Made by a program: the position numbers and the translations under genes. DNA of 64,000 nucleotides. Origin: Armatimonadota bacterium (GTDB lineage: Bacteria > Armatimonadota > HRBIN16). Position 1 is the first letter of the stretch, and the number at the start of each line of letters is the position of its first letter. The stretch covers positions 2,368,001 through 2,432,000 of the forward strand of contig OY781964.1 in the NCBI GenBank assembly GCA_963677485.1, read 5' to 3'. Under the pieces are notes generated by a model. The model saw nothing but the letters and a program-made list of their open reading frames with translations. It did no database searches and was not told the DNA's origin. Positions 20,156 through 32,986 of this stretch are shown here, in pieces.

Positions 20156-22319
20156 AGGTGTGTGTGCTGTGATGACGGCCACCATTGCGATATCCGCCAT
20201 GGCTCAGGCACAGAATCCGGTCATTAAAATATCGGTCAACAAGAAGACGGTGGGCATGGGCCTGCCCATCGAGTTGAAAGCCACAGCCACACTGCCAAAT
20301 GGTAAACCGGCCGTCGGCTGGATGATCTTGCCCTACGTCAACGGCCAACGCTGGGGAGCTCATGATTACGCCGATGCGAACGGCAAGGCCGTCTTCCAGA
20401 TACCACTACCCCGTGTGGGCAAGCAGCTCATCACTGCTAGCGCGATGAGCGCTGCAGAGGACCCCTCACATTGGATATGGGCTGATGTCGCTGCGGATGA
20501 GCAGAACGTCACACTACGCCACACCTTTAGCATCAAAGGCAAGCCGCTGAGTGCCCAACTCTGGGTCGCTGTGGATAATGACGGCATCACCAAAATCAAC
20601 GGCAAGCCCGTCGGTGATACAAGTGGCTTTTACGGCAACCGGCTTCTGCGTGTGCCATCCGGCGTGCTGGTAAGCGGAGAGAACAAAATCGAAGTGGTCG
20701 CTCATAACGCCTCCGGTCCGGCTGGCTATCTGCTGCGCATGGAAGTGAAGTCCGACGCAGGCAAGCAGCTTGTTGTATCGGATAAAAGTTGGACTGTGCA
20801 ACAAGGGGATACCTCACCTGTCGCGGTCAGGGACCTGGGGCCTGCTAACCTCTGCCAATGGAGCATGGATCAGTGGCCTACCACCCCCAGCAAGGCGCCG
20901 ATGTTCACAGGTTCTGTCATCAGCCCCGACATGCCCGTGTCCAACCAACTAGTAGTTGATGTGCAGCGTCGCAACCTGCAAGCACCTCCAAAAGACCCGA
21001 AACATTTGGTGGTGACGCAGTGGGAGTGCTGGTACAGCCCCACCATCTACAGTTGGGGTACCGCACAAGCCGTTCCGCTCATGGGCTTCTACCGCACCAG
21101 CGATGAGAACGTGATGCGGCAGCACATCATATGGATGATAGAGGCCGGCATCGACATCATCCAGTGCGATATGAGCAACAACATCTGGAATGCCCAGGAT
21201 TGGGATGACCGATCCGGTGGAACGAATGAACTGCTGTTTCTAAACCAGCTCATGATGGAAACTTTGTCTAAAATGAAGGATGAGGGCATCAACGTGCCTA
21301 AGTTCATGATCTTGTCAGGTGCCAACACAACAGTGAACGGCCTTAAGGTCATAAACCAGCAGCTCAATGCGCTATATCAGCTTTACGTTCAAAACCCGCG
21401 ATGGGGTGATCTCTACTACAAACTGGACGGCAAGCCGGTTGTTCTGATGCTCGACCTTACGGGTACGTTCTACGCCGATCGTGCGAAGATTGATAACCGC
21501 TGGAACCTCAGGATCGCCAGTGTCAACATGGAGACCAACGTCGACCAACGCAACAAGGGATTCTGGAGCTGGATGGATAACGGGGCCACCAGTGTGCCTG
21601 GACCAGACGGCAAGCCAGAAGCCATAACTGCTTCGGTCGGTTGCTTCAACAGCGGCGGATGGCTCGATCCGGGCAGCCATGGCCGACGGGGTGGGGCTAC
21701 GTTCGTTGAAGACTGGCAGTCGGTGATGAAAGACAAACCGCAGCATATCTTCATCCACCAGTTTCAGGAGTTTGCTGGTCAGCCGGAGGGTCAGGGCTAC
21801 GGTGACAAACACGATCTCTACCAAGATAGCTACAGCGTGGACCTCAGCGACGACCTGGAGCCGGTCTCCCTCACCACTCCCGCCTACCGAGGTAAGGGTG
21901 GCTGGGGATACTTCTACCTGAACTTGACCAAGGCTTTAGTGGATATGGTGCAGCAAAAGAGGCTGGATACTACCGTGCTGGTGGTGGCGAAACCCGACCG
22001 TCGGCACGAAGTTTCCGGTAACAGCATGGAGCTTCAGTGGCGCAGTGTAGGCAAGCCTCTAGCGCAGGGTGTGACGGTCTCCATCGATGGCAAGTTGGTG
22101 AAGACGGGCCTCAAGCAGCAATCTGCTAACCTGGACATCAGCAAGCTGAACGCAGGCCTGCACACCATCACGCTCACCGCGCCAGGTGCCATGCAGCGCT
22201 ACCGGCTGCTATGGAATGATGACAGCCTGCCGCTGCAGAAACTGGAGCCCTCGACGGTTACTATGGAGTTCATCAAAACTTCAGCAGCACCTAAGGAGAA
22301 AGCACCCAATGCTCGCTAA
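20145..22319 (+). CDS. Secreted GH99/GH71-like protein, paralog 2
   Basis: Colinear with paralog 1; 11-bp overlap ATGCTCGCTAA. Confidence 0.6.
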   Translation: MLAKGVCAVMTATIAISAMAQAQNPVIKISVNKKTVGMGLPIELKATATLPNGKPAVGWMILPYVNGQRWGAHDYADANGKAVFQIPLPRVGKQLITASAMSAAEDPSHWIWADVAADEQNVTLRHTFSIKGKPLSAQLWVAVDNDGITKINGKPVGDTSGFYGNRLLRVPSGVLVSGENKIEVVAHNASGPAGYLLRMEVKSDAGKQLVVSDKSWTVQQGDTSPVAVRDLGPANLCQWSMDQWPTTPSKAPMFTGSVISPDMPVSNQLVVDVQRRNLQAPPKDPKHLVVTQWECWYSPTIYSWGTAQAVPLMGFYRTSDENVMRQHIIWMIEAGIDIIQCDMSNNIWNAQDWDDRSGGTNELLFLNQLMMETLSKMKDEGINVPKFMILSGANTTVNGLKVINQQLNALYQLYVQNPRWGDLYYKLDGKPVVLMLDLTGTFYADRAKIDNRWNLRIASVNMETNVDQRNKGFWSWMDNGATSVPGPDGKPEAITASVGCFNSGGWLDPGSHGRRGGATFVEDWQSVMKDKPQHIFIHQFQEFAGQPEGQGYGDKHDLYQDSYSVDLSDDLEPVSLTTPAYRGKGGWGYFYLNLTKALVDMVQQKRLDTTVLVVAKPDRRHEVSGNSMELQWRSVGKPLAQGVTVSIDGKLVKTGLKQQSANLDISKLNAGLHTITLTAPGAMQRYRLLWNDDSLPLQKLEPSTVTMEFIKTSAAPKEKAPNAR

Positions 22320-24483
22320 AGGAGTTTGTGCCATGATGATGGCCAGCATCGCGGTATCGGCTTTGGCCAATGCGCAACAACCATCGGTCAAGATAGCGGT
22401 GAATAAGCGCAGCACTGGGATGGGCCAGGGCATCGAACTATACGCGAAAGCCACCTTGCCGGATGGTAAGCCCGCTGTGGGTTGGACCATCCTGCCCTAT
22501 GTGAACGGTCAGCGATGGGGTGCGCACGAGATTGCCGACAAAGCGGGTAAGGCGGTATTCCAGATACCGCTGCCGAGGGTAGGCCAGCAGATAGTGACCG
22601 CCAGTGTGCTGCCCAGCGTGAAGGACGTTTCGCAATGGATATGGGCATTCACCACATCAGATCAGCAAGTGCTCACCCTGCGACGAAGCTTCCAGATCAA
22701 GGGCAAGCCGACGGGTGCACAGATATGGCTGGCGGTCGATGACATCGCCAAGCTCAGTATCAACGGCAAACCTGTGGGCGACTGGGCTGGCTGGCTGGGC
22801 GACAAGATGAAGCGCGTGCCTGCGGGCATCCTGGTGAGCGGCGAGAACAAGATCGAAGCCACCGCCACCAACGGCAGCGGCCCGGCTGGCTTCCTATTCC
22901 GCATGGAGGTGGCGACCGACCTGGGCACCGTCTCTGTCGGTTCAGACAGCTCCTGGACCGCGCAACAGGAGGGTAAACCCATCGAACCGGTGGAAGAAAC
23001 CGGTGCGCCAAAAGTGGTGCAGCCCGCACTCGACCAATGGCCCATCGATGCGCATCTGGCCCAGATGTATACCAGCACGGTAATGGCACCCGACCAGCCG
23101 GTGTCCAACCAGATCATTGTGGATGTAAAGTTTCGCAAACTCCAAGCACCGCCAAAAAACCCAAAGAGCCTGGTGGTGATGCAGTATGAGGAGTGGTTCA
23201 GTCCTACCATCTACAACTGGGGCACGGCTCAGGCGGTGCCTTTGATGGGCTTCTACCGATGCTCCGACGAGAATGTGCTGCGCCAGCACATCATCTGGAT
23301 GATCGAGGCGGGCACGGACATCATCCAATGCGATATGAGCAACAATATCTGGTTCACCGATGATTGGAACAACGTGAGCGGTATCGTGCGTGAGCTGTTG
23401 TTCATCAACGAGCTCATGATGGAGACGCTGGCAAAGATGCGGGATGAGGGCATCGACGTGCCCAAGTTCATGATTTTGTCTGGCGTAAGCTGGACTCCGA
23501 ACGGCCTGCAGGTGGTCAACCATCAGCTCAACGCGCTGTATCAACTCTATATCAACAACCCACGGTATGGCGACATCTACTACAAGCTGGACGGAAAGCC
23601 CGTGGTGCTGTTGCTCGATCTACCTGGCAGGTTCCACCCGCAGCTGAAGGATATCGATAACCGCTGGAATATCCGCTTCGCCAGCGTGAACATGGAGACA
23701 AATGTAGAGCAGCGCGAGAAGGGCTTTTGGAGCTGGATGGATAATGAAGCCACCAGCGTGCCAGGCCCCGACGGCAAACCGGAGTCGATCACCGCATCAG
23801 TCGGCTGCTTCAACGGCGGTGGATGGAAGGACCCCGGGAGCCGCGGACGCCGAGGCGGAGCCACACTGGTGGAAGACTGGCAGGCGGTGCTGCGCGACAG
23901 GCCGAAGCATGTTTTCATCCACCAGTTCCAGGAGTTCGCCGGTCAGCTTGAGAGCCAGGGACGCGGCCCTAACCGCGACATCTTCGGCGACAGCTACAGC
24001 GTAGACCTGAGCGATGACATAGAACCCACCTCGCTCACAAAAACCGCCTACCGCGGTAACGGTGGCTGGGGATACTTCTACCTAAACCTGAACAAGGCAC
24101 TAATGGACATGCTCCGCCAAAAAACGCCTGAAACCACCGTGCTGGTGGTGGCAAAGCCAGACCGCCGTCACGAGGTCTCCGGCAACAGCATGGAGCTCCA
24201 GTGGCGCAGCGTGGGTAAGTCGCTGGCCGATGGTGTGACAGTGGTCTTAGATGGCAAAGTGGTGAAGTCAGGCCTCATGGAGCAGTCCACCATCCTGGAT
24301 ATCAGCAAGCTGAAGCCAGGTCTGCACACCATCACGCTGACGGCTCCCGGGGCAATGCAGCGGTACCGGCTATCGTGGACAGACGACAGCCTGCCTCTAA
24401 GCAGCCTGGAGCCATCAACGGTCATAATGGAATTCATCAAAACGCAACCCGGACTAAAGGAGAAATCAACGAATGCTCAATAA
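22309..24483 (+). CDS. Secreted GH99/GH71-like protein, paralog 3
   Basis: Start re-assigned to 22309 (MLAKGVCA, AAGGAG RBS) by homology; same 11-bp overlap. Confidence 0.6.
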   Translation: MLAKGVCAMMMASIAVSALANAQQPSVKIAVNKRSTGMGQGIELYAKATLPDGKPAVGWTILPYVNGQRWGAHEIADKAGKAVFQIPLPRVGQQIVTASVLPSVKDVSQWIWAFTTSDQQVLTLRRSFQIKGKPTGAQIWLAVDDIAKLSINGKPVGDWAGWLGDKMKRVPAGILVSGENKIEATATNGSGPAGFLFRMEVATDLGTVSVGSDSSWTAQQEGKPIEPVEETGAPKVVQPALDQWPIDAHLAQMYTSTVMAPDQPVSNQIIVDVKFRKLQAPPKNPKSLVVMQYEEWFSPTIYNWGTAQAVPLMGFYRCSDENVLRQHIIWMIEAGTDIIQCDMSNNIWFTDDWNNVSGIVRELLFINELMMETLAKMRDEGIDVPKFMILSGVSWTPNGLQVVNHQLNALYQLYINNPRYGDIYYKLDGKPVVLLLDLPGRFHPQLKDIDNRWNIRFASVNMETNVEQREKGFWSWMDNEATSVPGPDGKPESITASVGCFNGGGWKDPGSRGRRGGATLVEDWQAVLRDRPKHVFIHQFQEFAGQLESQGRGPNRDIFGDSYSVDLSDDIEPTSLTKTAYRGNGGWGYFYLNLNKALMDMLRQKTPETTVLVVAKPDRRHEVSGNSMELQWRSVGKSLADGVTVVLDGKVVKSGLMEQSTILDISKLKPGLHTITLTAPGAMQRYRLSWTDDSLPLSSLEPSTVIMEFIKTQPGLKEKSTNAQ

Positions 24484-26611
24484 AGGAGTGTGCGCCATCA
24501 TGACAGCAGCAATCGCCGCCTCAGCCATGGCTCAGGCACAGAATCCGGCTATCAAAATCTCGGTGAACAACAAGAGCACTGGTATGGGTCAGACGATAGA
24601 ACTCACCGCGAAGTCGAGTCTGCCCAACGGCAAACCCGCCGCTGGCTGGATGATCCTGCCATACGTGAACGGCCAGCGATGGGGCGCTCACGAATTCGCC
24701 GATGCACAAGGCAAAGCCGTGTTCCAGATACCTCTGCCCCGTGTGGGCAAGCAGATCATCACCGCCAGTGCCATGACCACCGCGGAGGACCCCTCCCATT
24801 GGATATGGGCGGACAAGGTGTCGGATGGCCAGACCATCACCGTGCGCCACAGTTTTAACATCAAGGGCAAGCCGCTCAGCTCTCAGCTTTGGGTCGCCGT
24901 TGATGACAACTGCGTGACCAAAATCAACGGCAAGTCACTGGGCGAGTCTGGCGGCTGGTTGGGTAACCGGAAGCTGCGTATACCCTCAAGCCTGCTTGTG
25001 TCCGGCGAGAACAAGATTGAGTCTGTGGTCAATAACGGCAGCGGGCCCGCCGGTTTCCTGCTTCGGCTGGAGATAGAGACAGACGCAGGCCCACAGCTTG
25101 TGGTCTCCGACAAATCCTGGACGGTGCAGGAAGGCGCATCATCAGCCGTCGCCGTGAAAGACCTTGGGCCCGCCAGCGATGGTCAGTGGAGCATGGACAA
25201 GTGGCCAGGCTCTAGCAATAAGGCGCAGATGTATACGGGCGCCGTCATCAGCCCCGACATGCCCGTGTCCAACCCAGTGGTTGTGGATGTGCTGCGCCGT
25301 GAGCTGCAGGCACCGTCGAAAGACCCCAAGCATCTCATAGTGATGCAGTGGGAAAACTGGTATAGCAAAACCATCTATAGCTGGGGCACCGCTCAAGCCG
25401 TGCCAGTGATGGGATTCTACAACTCCGCCGACGAGAACGTGATGCGTCAGCACATCATATGGATGATCGAGGCAGGCACCGACATTATCCAATGCGATAT
25501 GAGCAACAACATCTGGGATGTCAAAGACTGGGATGACCGCGCGGGTATGGTCAACGAGCTGTTCTTCATCAACCAACTGATGCTGGAGACCATGGCCAAG
25601 ATGAAGGATGAGGGCATCGACGTGCCCAAATTCATGATTCTGTCCGGCGTTAACTGGACCGAAAATGGCCCGAAGGTTGTCAACGCGCAGCTCAACGCAC
25701 TCTACCATACGTTTGTGAACAACCCGCGCTGGGCTGATCTTTATTACCGACTAGACGGTAAGCCGGTGGTGTTATTGCTAGACCTGCCCGGTAAATACTA
25801 CGCGGAGCGAGCCATTCTTGACAAACGCTGGAACATACGATTCGCCAGCATCAGCATGGAAAAGAACGTCGACCAGCGCAACAAGGGCTTCTGGAGCTGG
25901 ATGGATAATGAGGCCACCAGTGTGCCAGGCCCGGATGGCAAGCCCGAGGCGATCACCGCATCCATCGGCTGCTTCAACGACGGCGGCTGGCTCGATCCCG
26001 GTAGCCATGGCCGGCGAGGCGGTGCCACCTTCGTAGAGGACTGGCAGACCGTGATGAAGGACAAACCGCAGCATATCTTCATCCACCAGTTCCAAGAGTT
26101 CGCCGGTCAGCCGGAGGGTCAGGGATACGGTGACAAACACGACCGCTACGTAGACAGCTACAGCGTCGACCTCAGCGACGACCTGGAGCCGGTCTCGCTC
26201 ACCACCCCTGCCTACCGCGGCAAGGGCGGCTGGGGATATTTCTACCTCAACTTGAACAAAGCTCTGGTGGACCTGCTGCGACAGAAGACACTCGAGACCT
26301 CCGTGCTGGTGGTCGCGAAGCCAGACCGACGCCACGAGGTCTCCGGTGACAGCATGGAGCTTGAGTGGCGCACAGTGGGCAAACCTCTTGCTGAGGGTGT
26401 CACCATCGCCATCGACGGTAAGGTAGTCGCCACCGGCGTGAAGGATCCTACCTTGAAGTTGGACATCAGCAAGCTCAAGAAGGGCCTGCACACTATCACG
26501 CTGACAGCCCCAGGGGCGATGCAGCGTTACCGTCTGGCTTGGGACGATGACAGCCTGCCGCTGGCCCAGTTGGAGCCAGCCATTGTGAGCATGGAGTTCC
26601 TCCGCAAGTAA
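24473..26611 (+). CDS. Secreted GH99/GH71-like protein, paralog 4
   Basis: Colinear; overlap ATGCTCAATAA; most similar to paralog 2. Confidence 0.6.
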   Translation: MLNKGVCAIMTAAIAASAMAQAQNPAIKISVNNKSTGMGQTIELTAKSSLPNGKPAAGWMILPYVNGQRWGAHEFADAQGKAVFQIPLPRVGKQIITASAMTTAEDPSHWIWADKVSDGQTITVRHSFNIKGKPLSSQLWVAVDDNCVTKINGKSLGESGGWLGNRKLRIPSSLLVSGENKIESVVNNGSGPAGFLLRLEIETDAGPQLVVSDKSWTVQEGASSAVAVKDLGPASDGQWSMDKWPGSSNKAQMYTGAVISPDMPVSNPVVVDVLRRELQAPSKDPKHLIVMQWENWYSKTIYSWGTAQAVPVMGFYNSADENVMRQHIIWMIEAGTDIIQCDMSNNIWDVKDWDDRAGMVNELFFINQLMLETMAKMKDEGIDVPKFMILSGVNWTENGPKVVNAQLNALYHTFVNNPRWADLYYRLDGKPVVLLLDLPGKYYAERAILDKRWNIRFASISMEKNVDQRNKGFWSWMDNEATSVPGPDGKPEAITASIGCFNDGGWLDPGSHGRRGGATFVEDWQTVMKDKPQHIFIHQFQEFAGQPEGQGYGDKHDRYVDSYSVDLSDDLEPVSLTTPAYRGKGGWGYFYLNLNKALVDLLRQKTLETSVLVVAKPDRRHEVSGDSMELEWRTVGKPLAEGVTIAIDGKVVATGVKDPTLKLDISKLKKGLHTITLTAPGAMQRYRLAWDDDSLPLAQLEPAIVSMEFLRK

Positions 26612-26818
26612 ACGTGCCTGGAGGGGCGGCCAACAGCCGCCCCTCCTGCCAGCTTTCGCTTGGCGGGAACCAACGCAAAGCGGAGTTCCCATCCATCCGA
26701 TCTGTCCGATCCGTCGGATTCTGTGTAGTCCGTCGTTCAGGCACTCACTCTGCTCGGTCCAACCGATGGCCGCAGAACGCACCAAACGCCAGAGGCAAAC
26801 ATCGCAGTCTCCCATCTC

Positions 26819-26848
26819 TTGACAGGAAATTATGTTAAGGAGTATAGT
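26819..26848 (+). promoter_or_regulatory. Putative sigma70 promoter
   Basis: TTGACA-18 nt-TATAGT upstream of the RDD gene. Confidence 0.5.
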
Positions 26849-26932
26849 CCAACTATGCTGTGCGATAAAAGCTTATTCATTGATAAAGCATAGATGCTGA
26901 TTCCAACAGATTGTTAATATTTCGAGGGGACA

Positions 26933-27688
26933 ATGGATAATAACTCGACAGATCACCCGAATAACACTGATGACCATGCATCACCGAAGGTGTTCACCCC
27001 ACCGGCAGGCGGCTGGCTTGACCTATCGTCCAAAACTAAGAACCGAAATGGGCGTGTATCGAAGCTTATTGATTCATTTAATAGTCCAATAGCATGGGAT
27101 TTACCGATAGAGGGAGTAAGCCCGCGTTTCGCTCTCCTAGTAAGTCGTGCAGGGGCGATGATCACTGACCGCTATTACATTCTAGTAGCGTATCTTCTAT
27201 ACAGTTTTATAATGCATATGTGGACGCCAAATGCTATCACCGCGGATGGACCGAGTGATGCATTATACAACTGCGATCAGTGGAACTGGCTGCTCGTATG
27301 TATCATCATGGCGGTTTATGGTCTTCCATTTCTGCAGGGTACATTGCTCATTTGCATCTATGTTGTGTACGGGGTATGTTTGTGTGGTGCCACCCCGGGC
27401 ATGCGCACCTGGGGTATTCATGTCAGCACAGCCGATAAAACACCATTGACATGGCCCCGAGTTGTCTTATGGCATTTTGTCTCAATCCTGTCGGGTTTCT
27501 GTCTGGGCATCGGGTATCTGTGGGCGCTCATTGACAAGCAGGGTCGAACCTGGCACGATATCGCCGCTGGGGTTGTCGTGACTCGAACGGCCAGGAGCAT
27601 TGAGCACACACCTCGAAGCCAATTCCATGTCAGACGTATGTCAACCACCACCAAGCGTAGACCCGGACGCTCAAGGTTTATCATCTGA
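26933..27688 (+). CDS. RDD family membrane protein
   Basis: RAGAMITD, GATPGMRTWGIHV, GRTWHDIAAG. Confidence 0.85.
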   Translation: MDNNSTDHPNNTDDHASPKVFTPPAGGWLDLSSKTKNRNGRVSKLIDSFNSPIAWDLPIEGVSPRFALLVSRAGAMITDRYYILVAYLLYSFIMHMWTPNAITADGPSDALYNCDQWNWLLVCIIMAVYGLPFLQGTLLICIYVVYGVCLCGATPGMRTWGIHVSTADKTPLTWPRVVLWHFVSILSGFCLGIGYLWALIDKQGRTWHDIAAGVVVTRTARSIEHTPRSQFHVRRMSTTTKRRPGRSRFII

Positions 27689-27789
27689 CACCTTTTGAGC
27701 ACACTGTCCTGGGCGGTCACGATTCGCGCCGAAGGTCTGCTAGGAACCCAGCGCAAAGGCGCAATGGTGCAAGGACGCAGAGGCGGGGT

Positions 27790-27925
27790 GCCCATCCGTC
27801 CTATTGGTCCGATCTGTCCCATCCGTCGGATTCCCGGATTGTCTGAACCACGGATTACGCGGATTACACGGATAGGTTCGGATGGGGACGGGAAATGCCA
27901 ATCGGGAGATTGGCGTTCCCAGGGG
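27790..27925. repeat. Repeat mosaic (CCATCCGTCGGATTC, CACGGATTA tandem, inverted family A)
   Basis: Units recur at ~26.7, 29.3, 43.25, 48.3, 57.06 and 62.4 kb. Confidence 0.75.
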
Positions 27926-28009
27926 AAGATGCGCGTAGGGGTTGACATCCTACTCACCATCATAATTCTTTGTTCAAACAAATGAACACCCCGACCCACG
28001 CCCATCTCC

Positions 28010-29107
28010 CTACCAGACGCGGGAATCCGGCACCGGCAGCCAGGAGCTATCCTGGAGAACCGACTGCTGGCTGACCAAACCCGGCAATGTCATATCCATC
28101 GTCTCATGGATGCCGATCGGCATCTTTCTACCAGAGACGATTGCATCGACGAAATCCACCACCTGCCAGTAGTCACCGCCCCCATGACCGGCTTCGAGGG
28201 CCTCTCTGGGTGGGTCAAGATACTTTTCGGGCAGGAATTCCCCCTCCAGATCAGCTAGCGGCATCCATTCGATCTTCTCTGACTGGCTGCGGAGCCAGAT
28301 TCGGGCCTGGTCTCCGAACCCTCTCCCCGCCTCATAACAACCCTCAGTGCCCTGCAACGAATAGAAGATGCTGCTGGGCCGGTTGGAGAGCATATCCACC
28401 CGCAGCTTCACCAGCGCACCGCTCGCTGTCTTGCCAAGCAGGATGCATCCGTCCTGCGCCTCGTAAGCGGCTCCAGAGGCATCGGTGTAGTGATGGCCGG
28501 AACCCGCGCAACTGACCGACACAATCCGTTCGCCCATCCACTGCAGCAGCGGACCGGTGCTGTGCGTGCCGTATGTGATGCCATCCACACCCGTCTGCCA
28601 CTTTCGACGCCACTTGGTGATCTCATTCAACGCCTTGAGCTCATGCAGATACTCGCCTTCTGCGAAAGAGATGGTGCCAAAAAGACCTGCTTTGACGATG
28701 TTTTCGATCAGCACACTCTCTTTGGTATAACAACAGTTTTCAGCCATCATATACTGGCCTTTGCTCACATTCACCGCTTGTAAAAGCCGCTTGGCCTCAT
28801 CCAAAGAGACTACGGCCGGAACCTCACCCAACACGTGCAGCCCGCGCTCCAGTGCGGCAATGCAGTGATCTGCGTGGCATGGCATTGGGGTTGCGACCAC
28901 CACGATATCGGGCTTCGCTTGATCCAGCATCTGCGTGTAATCGGCGTAGAGCTCCGCACCCTCCGGGTTGTTGGCGATGCCCGCCAACTTCTCACTGTCC
29001 ATGTCGCACAGTGCCACAACCTGCGTACTGGGGTGAGAGCTGAACGGAATCATGAAGCTGCTCCCGCGGCCTGCCGCACCGACAATGGCGACCTTGATAT
29101 CCTTCAT
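28010..29107 (-). CDS. Gfo/Idh/MocA oxidoreductase
   Basis: VAIVGAAGRG, VATPMPCH, GEVP, MMAENCCY, GHGGGD. Confidence 0.9.
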   Translation of the reverse strand: MKDIKVAIVGAAGRGSSFMIPFSSHPSTQVVALCDMDSEKLAGIANNPEGAELYADYTQMLDQAKPDIVVVATPMPCHADHCIAALERGLHVLGEVPAVVSLDEAKRLLQAVNVSKGQYMMAENCCYTKESVLIENIVKAGLFGTISFAEGEYLHELKALNEITKWRRKWQTGVDGITYGTHSTGPLLQWMGERIVSVSCAGSGHHYTDASGAAYEAQDGCILLGKTASGALVKLRVDMLSNRPSSIFYSLQGTEGCYEAGRGFGDQARIWLRSQSEKIEWMPLADLEGEFLPEKYLDPPREALEAGHGGGDYWQVVDFVDAIVSGRKMPIGIHETMDMTLPGLVSQQSVLQDSSWLPVPDSRVW

Positions 29108-29204
29108 CTGCGTGCTCCTTCAGGGTGATGTGCTTATAGCAGTATTCGTGATTGGGTGGAGGGAATCATGCATTTGTGGGGCGGTGTCGCCTCGCTTTTT
29201 ACCG

Positions 29205-29415
29205 CAGTTGAACGCGGATGGACGCGGATGGGAGGGAAACAAATCGGGATATTAGCGTTCCAAGGAAAGGCGACGGTAGGGGAGGCCCACCATGATGATC
29301 GGTCCGATCCGTCCCATCCGTCGGATTCGTACCCAAGAAACGGATAGACCGCCCCGGTTAGGAGAAAACCGGCGCAGACATAGGCACGGCGGGGGCGGTT
29401 GGCGAACCGCCCCCA
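29205..29415. repeat. Repeat mosaic downstream of secA
   Basis: ACGCGGATGG tandem, GATCCGTCCCATCCGTCGGATTC, family B variant, GGGGGCGGTT/AACCGCCCCC hairpin. Confidence 0.7.
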
Positions 29416-29429
29416 TGATACAGCCGCCC

Positions 29430-32483
<3,054 letters not shown>

Positions 32484-32608
32484 TATTTAGTGGCTCCTGG
32501 GCCGACACGTGCTCGTATTACTTGGCAAGAATGACCCACTAAAATGGTATCACACCTCGACAGGGTATCCTAACGCGCGGTCATATGTGGCTATTTACTA
32601 TTGATTGG

Positions 32609-32986
32609 CTATTTGTCGTCCTTGCTGATATCGATGAGTATACGGATCATCTGGTAAAATCCGCCGATGGCACCACCGATGGCACCAATCATACTGTACA
32701 GGTTGGTGAAGCCGAGTTTCCTGTCGATCAGGCTGCCGATCCACCAGAATATGCCGATGGTGAGTGCCATCGTCAGACCGACTGTGCTAGCAGCTATAGC
32801 CTTATTGCCGCCAGCCTCTGCAAACCGGCTGGAACCCCGTTTCTTCTTTTGAGGGCGTTCCAGAACTGGTGTTTCAATGGCTGGCGGTTCTGGTATTTTC
32901 ATCTTTTCGGGCAGCTTTGGTATCTCAGGCTGCTCGTGATGTTCAGGTTGGTTGTTGTCTATGCGACTACCCCTGTTCCGCCACAT
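32609..32986 (-). CDS. AtpZ/AtpI (ATPase gene 1)-like small membrane protein
   Basis: Two TM helices joined by GSLIDRKLG; Pro-rich N-terminus; start uncertain. Confidence 0.6.
   Translation of the reverse strand: MWRNRGSRIDNNQPEHHEQPEIPKLPEKMKIPEPPAIETPVLERPQKKKRGSSRFAEAGGNKAIAASTVGLTMALTIGIFWWIGSLIDRKLGFTNLYSMIGAIGGAIGGFYQMIRILIDISKDDK

Noticed and set aside
17978-26611. Diversity-generating retroelement
   Set aside because: No reverse transcriptase; differences between copies are not adenine-specific
27942-27966. TTGACA...CATAAT promoter
   Set aside because: 13-nt spacer is too short, and it points antisense into a gene end
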